Positions 48,136-59,219 of a stretch of 64,000 nt of DNA are shown in pieces. Within the stretch, counting starts at the first letter, position 1. Each line of letters starts with the position of its first letter. The translations under genes were made by a program, and so were the position numbers. This DNA is from Rebecca billardiae RCC1528 (lineage: Eukaryota; Protista; Haptophyta), in assembly GCA_965240325.2 (NCBI GenBank), contig OZ251235.1, forward strand, positions 1,736,001-1,800,000, given 5' to 3'. The notes under the pieces are model-generated. The model searched no databases, was not told the DNA's origin, and saw nothing but the letters and a program-made list of their open reading frames with translations.

Positions 48136-49138
48136 ATGCTCCGCCTCGCGTCAGTCGCATCCGCCGCGTCGCGCGCGGCGACTCGCGTCCCGCCCCCCAC
48201 CGCTCGGTCCCTCCCCGTCTCCCGAGCTCGCACCCTCGCCACCCTCGCCACGCACGATTCTGCGGACGGCACAGCCGTGCGTCACGAGCTCGAGCAGCAC
48301 GTGACGGCGACAGACGCGGGCGCGATGGGCGAGACGCTGGCGACGACACGCAGCTTCGCGCGCGGCGAGCTGGTCTACGCATTTACCTCGCGCACCGCCG
48401 AGGACAATTCCCGGTACTCTATCCAGGTCTGCCGCACCCTGCACACCGCGCACGAGGGCCTCTTCGCGCTGATGAATCACAGCTGCAAGCCCAGCTGCTA
48501 CCTGTGGCCGCTGCCACTGGCGGGCGCGGACAGCGCCGATGCGTGCGAGGCAAAGGAAGAGGGCCTCGTGCGCGTCGGCGTCTTCGCCGCGCGCGACCTC
48601 GCGGCCGGGGAGGCCGTCAACTTCGACTATCAACAGACGGAGTGCGTGCGCGCGCGGCGCGGCGCGGCGCGCGCCATGCCGCCGTCGCTGTCAGCGCTTC
48701 AGGGGCCTGTATGCTGCACCGAGGGAGAGCGCGATCTGACAGGCACACATCGCACGCACGCGCTACTTGCGCGCCTGCGCATTGCTTTCGGCTGTCGTGG
48801 GTGGGTCACAGCACGCGTCGAGCACGCCCGCCCCCTCCGTCTGACGTGTGTGGGCGTATACCACCCCGCGCCCTGGCGCACCGCCGCGTGCTGCCCGCCG
48901 ACAACGCAGATGGGAGATGGCGACACCGTTCGAGTGCGCCTGCCCCGGCGTGGAGCAGCGCTGCGCGGTCGCCGGCGCCTCCGCCCTCCCACCGGACGCG
49001 CAGCGCGCCTTGCTCGCCGACCCGAGTGCTCGGCTCTGGCCGCACGTCTCGGAGCAAATCCGCATGCTCGACCAGCAATCTCAGAGGCCGTTGTCGGAGC
49101 CGGGGGCGGCCGCTGCCGGCACCGCGCGCGGTGACTGA
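48136..49138 (+). CDS. SET-domain protein with post-SET Cys motif and mitochondrial-type presequence
   Basis: MNHSCKP, AARDLAAGEAVNFDY..TE|WEMATPFECAC joined by intron 48642-48909. Confidence 0.88.
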
Positions 49139-50094
49139 CCCGCTCCCGCCCAGTGCCGCTTCTAATCTGCTGTCCCGCCGCCTGGTACATCTGTAAGCCG
49201 ATCAGGCACTGACATCACTTGCAGTGACACTCCGCGAAGATTTGAGGCAGGTTGCACAGGAAACTTGTTGGTGTTACATTTCTGAGAGACGGCGCCTCTG
49301 AAGGATGGCGCCCGCCCACTCGCCGCTCGTGGGTGGCGCGCGCCTCGCGTGTCGATGCAGCCCCTCATCATGACTAGCTGAATGCGCGTGTCGTCAGGAC
49401 TTGTCCGCGTGCGGCTACATACAACCGGACCCCGCCAGGACCAGCAGACCGTCGATGATTCGGGTTAGCTCGGGGTGGTCAGTGGCAACGTCGGATAGAG
49501 AGAGCTGGCTGAGACGGTGAGGACTGAGACGGTTGCCGTTGCGTCAGCACCACGTCCACGGCATCCGATCTGACCATGCATGCGACGCGAGCCGCAATCA
49601 GCCCGCCCTGACCTGCCCTGGGCCTGGCGCAACGTGAACGGGCATCCGTGGCGGGACCGCGGCCGATCGGGCATCGGCCGCCACGAGGGCGGGTGCGGGG
49701 TGGGCCAGTGGGCCGGGCCGGCGAGAAGCAGCCAAGGGCTGAAGGGGCTGTTAGTGGAGCGTGGCCGATGTGCGTAGTTACACCAGGGTCCACGCACTGG
49801 CACTCTGTGGCTGCCGAGGACACAGCTGACAGCAACGGTCCACTACCAAGTAAAACCAAGGGCCGTACGGCACTACGTACGCTTGCAACTGCGAGCCTGG
49901 ACAGGCTGGACTCAGACCGTCAGACTACGGCCCTTGGTCAGACGCACCCACCTGCAGGCTGCACAGTCCCGCACAGGGACAGGGACCGCCGAATACTGGT
50001 ACCGTGCGTACGTAATCCTCCTGACGATTCGTCCTCGGACGCGGGCTACATACAGCAAGGTAGGGCGTCATCGTAGGTGCTCGGAGCGAGCTTC

Positions 50095-50997
50095 ATGTCG
50101 GGCGATGCGGACGCGCAGTTCTCCCGCGGCATGCAGCACGCACACAGCGGCAACTTGGACGCGGCGGTGCCTTTGTTCAAGCAGGCTGCCGCGCAGGGCC
50201 ACGTCGAGGCAATGTACACGCTCGGCGCGTGCTATCACACGGGCGCCGGTGCGCTCCGCAGCGACCAGCGACAGGCCGTGCGCTGGTTCCGCGACGCAGC
50301 CGAGGCCGGGCACATGCTTTCGCAGCTGAATCTCTCGACCATTTACCGCAACGGCGCACCCGGCGTGCCGATCGACAAGTCCGAGTCCGCGCGCTGGTCG
50401 CGCGCGGCGGCCGAGCAAGGCCATCCGCAAGCGCAGTTCAACCTCGGTAACGACTGCCGGGCGGGCGAGGGCGTGCCAAAGGACGCGGCGGAGGCGGTGC
50501 GCTGGCTGACCAAGGCAGCCGACCAGGGGCTCCCAGAGGCGCAGTACAACCTCGCCAACCTCATCTACGACGGCGAGGGCACGGCGCCCGACCCCAAGGC
50601 GGCCTTCCGGCTGTGGCTGGCGGCTGCTGAGAGCGGGCAGGTGGAGGCGCAGTACACCGTTGGCGATATGTACTTTCGCGGCGACGGCGTGGAGGAGGAC
50701 GAGGACCAGGCGATGCGCTGGCTCCGCCGGTCGGCCGAGCAGGGCTACACCGTCGCGCAGATCGGGCTGGCCGGCCACCTGGCCCTGGGGAAGGGCATCC
50801 GGAAGAACGAGGCCGAGGCTGAGCGCTGGTTGAAGCGCGCGGCGCAGGCTGGGGACCCGCGCGCGGTCCTGCTGATGGGCAGAATGGAGCTGCTGCCGAT
50901 GGCCAGCGAGAGCTTCGTGGCAGGCGAGCGCCGATCGACGAGGCCATCAGGCGGCGAGACCGGGCAGGGCGGACAGGCTGGCCAGCGCCGCCGTTGA
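50095..50997 (+). CDS. Sel1-repeat protein, copy 2
   Basis: Differs from 40294-41196 at 4 nucleotides by my comparison. Confidence 0.92.
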   Translation: MSGDADAQFSRGMQHAHSGNLDAAVPLFKQAAAQGHVEAMYTLGACYHTGAGALRSDQRQAVRWFRDAAEAGHMLSQLNLSTIYRNGAPGVPIDKSESARWSRAAAEQGHPQAQFNLGNDCRAGEGVPKDAAEAVRWLTKAADQGLPEAQYNLANLIYDGEGTAPDPKAAFRLWLAAAESGQVEAQYTVGDMYFRGDGVEEDEDQAMRWLRRSAEQGYTVAQIGLAGHLALGKGIRKNEAEAERWLKRAAQAGDPRAVLLMGRMELLPMASESFVAGERRSTRPSGGETGQGGQAGQRRR

Positions 50998-51230
50998 TCC
51001 GACTTTGAAGCGACTACCAGTACTCTCGCCGTACGCGCTGCCGCCGCGCAGCCTTAGTATGCCGTTCGCCCTCGGCCAGTCGGGGCAAGTGCGGTGTTCG
51101 GCCTCCGATGAGTCTGACGCCGCATGCTGCAGGTAGCAGCTAGATCAGGCTCCATCCGAGAGCGGTCTGGCTTGACGAGCGGGAGGCGATACGACTCTCT
51201 CGACTCACTATGATACTCAGACCCTTGGGG

Positions 51231-53451
51231 CAAGGGAGTCAAGGGTGCCCGCGCCCCAGTGGCGCGCTCGGCGGATGTTGGCACACAGATTTTTGCCCGC
51301 GGCCTGCGGCGGGCGGCGGCGAGGGCGTGCTCCGGTGGCGGAGCGAGCGCACGGGGCACGGCGCTGCGGGCGCGGATGTGCCCGCGAAGCCGGCGCGTGC
51401 GGACGGGCAGTTGCGGGAGAGCATATGGCGCCCTCCTGCGCCGCGCGACTTGCGCCACGCCTCTTTCGCCTCGGCTCAGAGCAGCGCGCACGCACGCGCC
51501 GCCTCAAGGCCAGCCTTGCCGCGCCGCAGCCGGCCGCGCGCGCGCCGTGCGCGGCGTGGTCGGGAAGGAGCGGGCGCTGCTGCCGGGCGAGATGGCGACA
51601 TCGCGTGCGCACGCCATGCCGCCCCGTGGCGCCGCGAAAGGGCACGAGAACGGATCCGCACAGCTGTTGACGAGTGCTGATTACTTGTCGTGCCTGAAGC
51701 CAGACCTGAGCTCGAAGAAGATGATGAAAGAGCATCAGCGCGAGGAAAGCGTCGCACCCAGCACTTCTGCATGACCACGCGGTGATGAACATTCATGTAA
51801 GAGTAGCCCGCGTGCCCGTCTGGCACTGTTCTGTGTCTCAATGATCGTCCCGCCAAGGGTCACGACCGCGAGGCCGTGCACACCATTTGTGACAAGTCAA
51901 AGAGGCATGCAAACGGACCGACGACGCACTCGTCAAGGCGTGGCGGGGCGGCATGGCGTGCGCACATGATGTCGCCATCTCGCTCGGCAGCAGCGCCCGC
52001 TCCTTCCCGACCACGCCGCGCACGGCGCGCGCGCGGCCGGCTGCGGCGCGGCAAGGCTGGCCTTGAGGCGGCGCATGCGTGCGCGCTGCTCTGAGCCGAG
52101 GCGAAAGAGGCGTGGCGCAAGTCGCGCGGCGCAGGAGGGCGCCATATGCTCTCCCGCAACTGCCCGTCCGCACACGCCGGCTTCGCGGGCACATCCGCGC
52201 CCGCAGCGCCGTGCCCCGTGCGCTCGCTCCGCCAGCGGAGCACGCCCTCGCCGCCGCCCGCCGCAGGCCGCGGGCAAAAATCTGTGTGCCAACATCCGCC
52301 GAGCGCGCCACTGGGGCGCGGGCCAAGGGTAGTAAGGGTGAGCAACTCCGCTGGCGACAGCCGCGAAGGTCGGCAGCCCTCTGTTTGCCGCGAGCGGAGC
52401 GGAGCGAGTGCTATCAGCGGCGGAGGGCGCTGAGGCCGCGCACGGCGTGAGGCGCGGCGTCGGCCGAGTCGGTCCGCGGAGGATGCGCGGCGCTCGGCCC
52501 GCTGCGCAGCGGCAGTGCGCCTCACTTTGCCCCGAGCGCCGTCCTCCGCGTCGCCTCCTTCCCGCCTTGGAGCAGCACGCATGTGCGCGCTGCCACCTTG
52601 AAGGCGGCACGGGCTTGCTCAGACGACCGCGCGCGCGTGGCGCGCGACTTGGTCGGCTGCGCGCGCGCGCCGCCGCGGTGCAAGGTAGCGCCACCACATG
52701 CGCGCGCCGTGCCCGCGCGAGCCTTTGCTCACGGCCATCTCATGAGCGTAGTGCTCGCTTGTCTGCTTGCTCTCACGAATGATTTGCTGTGCCTCACGCT
52801 GGCACTCGTCGGGTCGATCAGCGAGGTGTTGAGTGACATTGGATACCCAGGACGAAGGCCTAGTCTTGTCTATTCCTTCTCAGCACGAATGCAAGTGGAC
52901 GCTAAGGCTCCGCATCGATGGTACCAACACTCACGCCGCTGTCTTTTCCAGCTTCCCGTCAGTCCGCAAGTCGGATGCCAAGCAGCATTCGACATGTGTG
53001 TGAGGTCGCACTCAGGTCCGCGCACACGCTCTCGCGCTGGCACGGCGCGCGCATGCGGCGGCGCTACCTTGCACCGCGGCGGCGCGCGCGCGCAGCCGAC
53101 CAAGTCGCGCGCCACGCGCGCGCGGTCGTCTGAGCAAGCCCGTGCCGCCTTCAAGGTGGCGGCGCGCACATGCGTGCTGCTCCAAGGCGGGAAGGAGGCG
53201 ACGCAGCGGACGGCGCTCGGGGCAAAGTGAGGCGCACTGCCGCTGCGCAGCGGGCCGAGCGCCGCGCATCCTCCGCGGACCGACTCGGCCGACGCCGCGC
53301 CTCACGCCGTGCGCGGCCTCAGCGCCCTCCGCCGCTGATAGCACTCGCTCCGCTCCGCTCGCGGCAAACAGAGGGCTGCCGACCTTCGCGGCTGTCGCCA
53401 GCGGAGTTGCTCACCCTTACTACCCTTGCGCGGGCACCCTTGACTCCCTTG
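51231..53451. mobile_element. Fold-back element A (P-like CAAGGG ends), interrupted in its right arm by element B
   Basis: Left arm 51231-51626; right arm 51944-52323 plus 53436-53451; termini CAAGGGAGTCAAGGGT...ACCCTTGACTCCCTTG. No clear TSD of its own. Confidence 0.85.
52324..53428. mobile_element. Fold-back element B (P-like CAAGGG ends) with 7-bp TSD
   Basis: Arms 52324-~52721 / ~53031-53428; termini CAAGGGTAGTAAGGGTG; TSD CGCGGGC at 52317-52323 and 53429-53435. Confidence 0.92.
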
Positions 53452-53576
53452 CCAGTGGCAAGCAAGGAAGGACTCTTCTCCCGGACTCCAAAGTCCAGCC
53501 GGCGGCAGTCCATCGTCAGCCAGTCAGCAGTCCTGTCAGCCACCGATTCGCGCATCAGAATAAAGGCGAACGTGGC

Positions 53577-54312
53577 ATGGCGCCGGCCGCTGGCTCGGGC
53601 ATGTCGATCAAGGAGTGGCTTCTTCAGCTCAAGGCGTTCGCGTCGTCGTGGTGGTATCCGTTCGCAGTTGGCACGTTGAGCTGCCTCAACACCTTCACCA
53701 TCTTCCTGTCTGGTGAGTGCGCTGCGCCAAACGGGCGACGGATCGAGTTGGTCGACCGCCGCGGCCGCGATCGCCCTTCTCGGCCTCCGGCTATCACGCT
53801 CATCACGCCACCCACCGTCCACGTGACTCGCCCGAATCGCAGGTCCACTGGTGATCCTGTACGTTGCGGGCGTCCTCGCGAACGGCGCCAAGCTGCAGCG
53901 CCGCATGGTCGCCGCGCTTGCCAACGCGCTCGGGACGACCATCGGGGCGGCCATGCTGGTGCACCTCATCGACCAGCATGGCGTGGATGCCGTGCTGAAC
54001 GCGTTCCCGTCCATCTTCGGCTCGAAGCACTGGGACCGCTCAAAGGAGCTGATCGACGCGTACGGCTTCGTGGGCACGGTCGTGGTGTCGGCCATGCCGA
54101 TCGTGCTCCACCCAGCTGTGATCTTTGCAATGACGGCGGGGATGTCTCGCGCCAGCCTGCTGACCGCGGTGATGGTGGGCAGGACGATCAAATACACGCT
54201 GATGGCGCAGCTCGCCGTCGGTGCGCCGCATCTGCTGCGCTTCTTCGGCCACCGGGGCGAAGTGCAGGCGCCCCCGCCGAAGGGCGCTGCCAGCAAGCGG
54301 AAGGGCACATGA
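53577..54312 (+). CDS. DedA/VTT (SNARE-associated Golgi) family membrane protein
   Basis: Intron 53713-53842; ANALGTTIGAA, YGFVG..SAMPI, AGMS...VMVGRTIKY. Confidence 0.8.
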
Positions 54313-54848
54313 GGAGGAGCAGGGTTCCATGCAGACCATGTGGCATGTGCCATGTCAAGCGCAGCTGAGGCGGAGCAGTGAGTGCGCTGCGCGTGCATGC
54401 GTGCTCTGGGGACCACCAAAGTCCAAACTGGCGTCGGCACTCTCTGGCTCTGCCGCTCTGACGACTTACGGGCCACCGGCCAGCGAGCGGCCGCCCAGCT
54501 ATCGCGGCCCGCGCGGGCCGCGGGCAATCCAGGCGCATAGCATGTCACCGGCGCTGGCCCATGGCCATCCGGCAGGGGCCTCAGAGTATGGGTGACTCCT
54601 AGGCCGGCCTACTGCACGGCAGTCCAACCGACAGTACTTTGTCAATAATGATATACGATTCATGTCAATGATCATCATTGAAGTCTCGCGCGTGAACTAA
54701 TACTCGGTGGATGCCAACGAGTAGGCCGGCGGCGTGATGGCCCGGCGGCGGGGCCGCCGCGGGCGGCGGGCTCGACTGATAAAGCCGGCGGAACCGATGA
54801 TAGCCGAAATCTTGTCACTGACGACACTCTGTTGGCAGCTGTAGCCGA

Positions 54849-55868
54849 TCAAGCAGACGCTGGCGCCGAAGAATCTTCGGGATCTGCGGAGTCGCCTGAT
54901 GATGCCGGCGGCGGACGATTGAGCAGCAGCTCGCTCTCCCTGCTGCGTTGTGCCAGCACCGGCACGAGCTGCGCCGTGAAGACGAGCAGTGCTCCCAGGA
55001 GAGTCGACCACGGGGGCACCTTGCTGCTCGAAGGCACAAACGCCGCCTGCAGGACGATCGACCCCAGCAGGTCGCAGCCCACCATCTGCACGGTGGCGAG
55101 TGCCGGCCGACCAGCCTTTGTCTCGCGGCTTGCGATGGCCTGTGCAGCATGGATGGCCAGGCCGAGTAACCCCACGCTGCACATGATCACCCACGTGCCC
55201 GCCGAAGATGGCCGCGCCCACACTGGCGACTGCGTGACGACCGCGGCCGCGGGTACACCGAACAGCTGACCAAGGGCGGTGGCGACCACGACGACTTGTG
55301 GATGCACTTTGTGTACACGAGTGAGGTAGCGCATGGCCACAAAGCCAGCAGCCATGGCCAGCGCACAGCCGAGGGCGCACGTGATGCCCGAGATGTAGCT
55401 ACCAGCAGCTGCGTCCTGCCCCGCCGACGTGGGATCGGCGGCAAGCGCAACTCCGCTGATAGTCAGGGCGGCAGCGAGTGCATCGTGCGACGCCAGAGGC
55501 TCGCCGAGCACTGCCCATCCGATCGCAGCAGCAAAGAGCGGCATGGATGCCATGATCGTAGACGCCACGGGCAGGGACAGGAAAGTCACCGAAAAGAAGT
55601 AGAGTGGGCCAGCAGCACACGCGCAAGCCGCGCGTGCGAGCAGCACTGGCCAGTGCTGAATCGCCTGGCGCGGAGCCGCCTGCGATACGTGGAGCGCCGG
55701 TGGAACGGCAAGCGCGACGGTGACGACGGCCCTGGCAGTCAGGCATTGGAGCGCACTCGCGCCAAAGCGCTGATCGCCCAATTTGACCAGGAGGGAAAGC
55801 AAGGCATAGCCAAAGCCCACGAAGGGGAACACAGCCGCTGCCGCAAGCGAGACCCCCGGGGTCGGCAT
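54849..55868 (-). CDS. EamA/DMT-superfamily transporter (SLC35G-like)
   Basis: About 10 TM helices; LSLPVASTI..SMPLFAAAIGWAVLGEPL. Confidence 0.88.
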   Translation of the reverse strand: MPTPGVSLAAAAVFPFVGFGYALLSLLVKLGDQRFGASALQCLTARAVVTVALAVPPALHVSQAAPRQAIQHWPVLLARAACACAAGPLYFFSVTFLSLPVASTIMASMPLFAAAIGWAVLGEPLASHDALAAALTISGVALAADPTSAGQDAAAGSYISGITCALGCALAMAAGFVAMRYLTRVHKVHPQVVVVATALGQLFGVPAAAVVTQSPVWARPSSAGTWVIMCSVGLLGLAIHAAQAIASRETKAGRPALATVQMVGCDLLGSIVLQAAFVPSSSKVPPWSTLLGALLVFTAQLVPVLAQRSRESELLLNRPPPASSGDSADPEDSSAPASA

Positions 55869-56113
55869 CGTGCCGCGGGCGCTGTGCTTTCAGCACGGCA
55901 GCGCCTCCAGAGTCCAGAAACACGCGGGCGGGTCACTCTTGATCACGGCCCCGTCGTTTCTGTGATCCGCCATTCCCCCTTGCCAACCGGCATGCGTCCG
56001 GGCGCTCCCGGACCAGCCGCCAACTGTCGTCATATTTCCCATCGCGCGGTCAAGCCGGGGATCAATAGTAGGGGACGGCCTTGCCGACGCCAACATGCTC
56101 ACTCGCCTTTGAT

Positions 56114-57450
56114 TTGGTACCCATGCACTTCCTGTCTTCCTGGTGGGCCTGACGACGTCGACGACGACAACAACGACATCCACCATGGCGACCAATAACA
56201 TTATCAACGTGCTCACACCACTGCCACTGCTGCAAGCTTCGACCAGTACCGCACTACAGACCGGAATCCGAGAGCTGCGCCCTCGTGCCTGTGTCTTTAA
56301 ATCATAGAATTAGTAGGGGGTTACAACATTCGGCTCATGAGGCAACACTATTAATAATCATCAATCAGATTCAGACCGCTCATCAGGCTACTTCATGGGT
56401 CTGAGTAGCTAGTTTATAATAGTGAACTGGCCTCTCTGTGGCTAAGCCTGATTATGAATAATAGGACGCTTACAAACTTGGTTGATGAAATTAATTTGTA
56501 CATCATAGACCACCAAGCGGCAAGCTGTCTCCGGTTGGTGAGCGAAGGCCAGTGTCAGTGACCACGCGCACCGCCTTCGCGGGCACGCAACTACCGCAGG
56601 CAACTACCGTGCATGATTCGCGGTAGTTGCACGCAACTACCGCACGCAACGTGCATGATTCGTCGCGAATCGTGCATGATTCGCGACGAAGATTCGCGAC
56701 GAGCGTGTGAGTCCGCCAGGTATGATACTGCTGATTAGGCGGCGATGATTTACCGTCGGAAGATTCGCGACGGTGTGTATCCGCCAGGTATGATACTCAC
56801 TCTATGATTTAACGACTGCTGATTAGGCGGCGATGAATTTTATGTATCTAGCTGTTCGGAACGAAGTAGCACCCGCTTGTTGTAGCGCGTTACAAGACTG
56901 CTGATTATTGCTCGCAGATTCTTCACCTAACTTTCAATATATCTGTGCAGCGCTAGTGTTCCCGATTGTTGAGTCGCATTGCTATGTGTTCTCATCCAAT
57001 GTGCATATGTTGCATATTATTGTGATTAGAAAGCGGCGGTGGCGCGAAGACTGTGTGGTTTACAGCTTGTGTCATTGTTCTTGTGAGAATTCTGCGTTTT
57101 TTAATGACCGCCATGAAGTTGTCATTAATTCCTACGAGCACTATCTGAGGTTGTTCATTGGCTGTTGCTAGCAATCTCGCATGATCTGTTGCAATCACGC
57201 CCGATCTGCGCTTCTTTGAGAATTTCCCAATAACTCGGAAGTTTGTAGTAGTAGTTGGTACCCATGCACTCTTCCTGGCGGGCCTGACTAGCTAGTGAGC
57301 TACGTCGACGACGACAACAACATCCACCATGGCGATCAACATCAACGTGCTCACACCACTGCCACTGCTGCAAGCTTCGACCAGTACCACGACAGACGAA
57401 TCAGGAGAGCTGCGCCCTCGTGCCTGTGTCTTTAAATCATAGAATTAGTA
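56114..57450. repeat. Pair of ~200-bp imperfect direct repeats flanking a ~940-bp lower-GC segment
   Basis: TTGGTACCCATGCAC...TTTAAATCATAGAATTAGTA at 56114-56315 and 57255-57450; the copies differ mainly by short indels. Confidence 0.9.
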
Positions 57451-57581
57451 AGGCGTGTCAACCGACAGTACATTTGTCAGTCACAGATGACAGTACACGT
57501 GTCTACTTTACAGTACAGTAAGCACTGTGAGTTCAGAGTGATGACACTAAGCTAACGTCACTCTGAACTTCAGGATGGACG

Positions 57582-59219
57582 ATGCGCGCACCTCCGCCGC
57601 CGGTCGTGCTGTTTGCTCTCGTCAGTCGCGTCTGCAGCTTACCATCATGGCCGTTCCAACGCTCGTCCATCCGGCACGACGTCGCCATTGCGCCGGCCTC
57701 CAACGGTACACGCGGCCGGCCACCCGGGGCGGAGGCCGGCATCGCTCTGAAGCGCGGTGTGTCCGTGCCGCGCAAGGAGCGGCCGACGCCGTGCAACGCG
57801 CGCACCCTCTTCCAGGTGGCGGAGGACATCGCAAGCGCCGGCGGAGTGCGCACGCGTACGCGGCCTGTACGTGTGTTCGTGTACGACCCGTTCGTGGTGG
57901 CGCGCGCCTGCGAGAACCGGCCGAGCGACACGTTCTGTGCCACGGGCCTGAGCCACTCGTCGTGTGGCAAGCGCCAGCGGCTGATGGGCGCGCTTGGTCG
58001 CCGGCTGAACCAGTCGAGCGCGCTCGTGCAGCGCACGCTCGATCCCAGCCGCGCTGATCTGTTCCTGCTCCAGTGCTACAGCCTCTCGCGCGACACGCGC
58101 GTCCCGGGGCTCGTCCACCTGAGCAGCCGCACCGCGCATCGGCACATGGTAGTGGCGGCGCGCACGTTCGAGCCTGCTGACCGGTGCGAGCTACGCACGC
58201 TGCGCCCCGTGCAGGTGTACAACCTGCAGCGCCCCGCGTACTGCGAGCTCGCGCCGCGCGGCTTCGACCTCTCCTCCCTGCCGTACCCTTCCGACGGGCC
58301 ACGCGACGAGGGCGCGCTGCGCGTCGGCCGCGCGCGCCCCGTGCTTGCCACTTTCATCGCCAACGTGCACGGCGGCGCGGCGGCGCTGCGGTACAACGTG
58401 CGGCGCGCGTGCCGCGCGCAGCTCCCCTCGCGCTGCACGCACGAGACGCCCAACCGCCTCAGCCACGCCGAGCTGCTCGCGCTCAAGGCGCGCTCGCTCT
58501 TCTGCCTCGAGGTGGCGGGCGACACGCCTTACAGACAGAGTCTCACTGAGTCCCTTCTGGCCGGCTGCGTGCCCGTGCTGCTCTCGGCGGAGATGGAGCC
58601 GTCGCTCGGGCTGTTCTGGCACGGCTGGCGCAACGCGTCGCGCGTGCGCGCCACGTGGCACGGCGGGAGCGAGTGGCCGCCGGACACGCCGCGCTCACGG
58701 AGGGGCCCGAAGCCGGTCGGCGCCGGCGGCGCGGCGCGCAAAGCCGCGGCCGAGGCGCGCTCCACTGCAGGCGCGCGCCGGCTCGGCGACGAGCCCGTGC
58801 TGGGGACGGCGGTGGCGGGGCCCGTGCGCACGGCTTCGGCGCGCCTGCCGCCCGCACAGCCCGGGGCCCCGCTCGAGCTCGCCGTGCGCTCGTTCGGAGA
58901 GCTGCTTGCGCGGCTTGAGGCGCTGCGCGACGACGGGGTCACGGTGCCGCGCATGCAGGCCGTGATCGCCCGGCACGCGCCCGCGCTGTGGTACGCGCTC
59001 GACCTGCGCGAACGCGGGCCGTCAGCGGGAGCTGCGGCGACGCGCGGGGGCGGCGACGGTGGCCCCGATGCACTCGACACGCTCTTTGCCACGGCTGCAG
59101 CGATTGCGGACCGGATGGATGCCGAGTGCAATCGTCCCAAGCAGAAGCGGGGTGCTGGCGGCCAGCAGCAATCCAGCATCACTATTCGTGACATTTCACT
59201 TCGGCTTCGCGCTAGATGA
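57582..59219 (+). CDS. Exostosin-family (GT47) glycosyltransferase
   Basis: VFVYD, TLDPSRADLFL, SLFCLEVAGDTPYRQSLTESLLAGCVPVLL. Confidence 0.85.
   Translation: MRAPPPPVVLFALVSRVCSLPSWPFQRSSIRHDVAIAPASNGTRGRPPGAEAGIALKRGVSVPRKERPTPCNARTLFQVAEDIASAGGVRTRTRPVRVFVYDPFVVARACENRPSDTFCATGLSHSSCGKRQRLMGALGRRLNQSSALVQRTLDPSRADLFLLQCYSLSRDTRVPGLVHLSSRTAHRHMVVAARTFEPADRCELRTLRPVQVYNLQRPAYCELAPRGFDLSSLPYPSDGPRDEGALRVGRARPVLATFIANVHGGAAALRYNVRRACRAQLPSRCTHETPNRLSHAELLALKARSLFCLEVAGDTPYRQSLTESLLAGCVPVLLSAEMEPSLGLFWHGWRNASRVRATWHGGSEWPPDTPRSRRGPKPVGAGGAARKAAAEARSTAGARRLGDEPVLGTAVAGPVRTASARLPPAQPGAPLELAVRSFGELLARLEALRDDGVTVPRMQAVIARHAPALWYALDLRERGPSAGAAATRGGGDGGPDALDTLFATAAAIADRMDAECNRPKQKRGAGGQQQSSITIRDISLRLRAR

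Noticed and set aside
50095-50997. Positive selection between Sel1 copies (4 of 4 changes non-synonymous)
   Set aside because: Too few changes; compatible with neutral expectation.
51231-53451. Parvovirus-like T-shaped terminal palindrome (A-B-B'-C-C'-A')
   Set aside because: The 7-bp TSD explains it as one element nested in another; no viral genes nearby.
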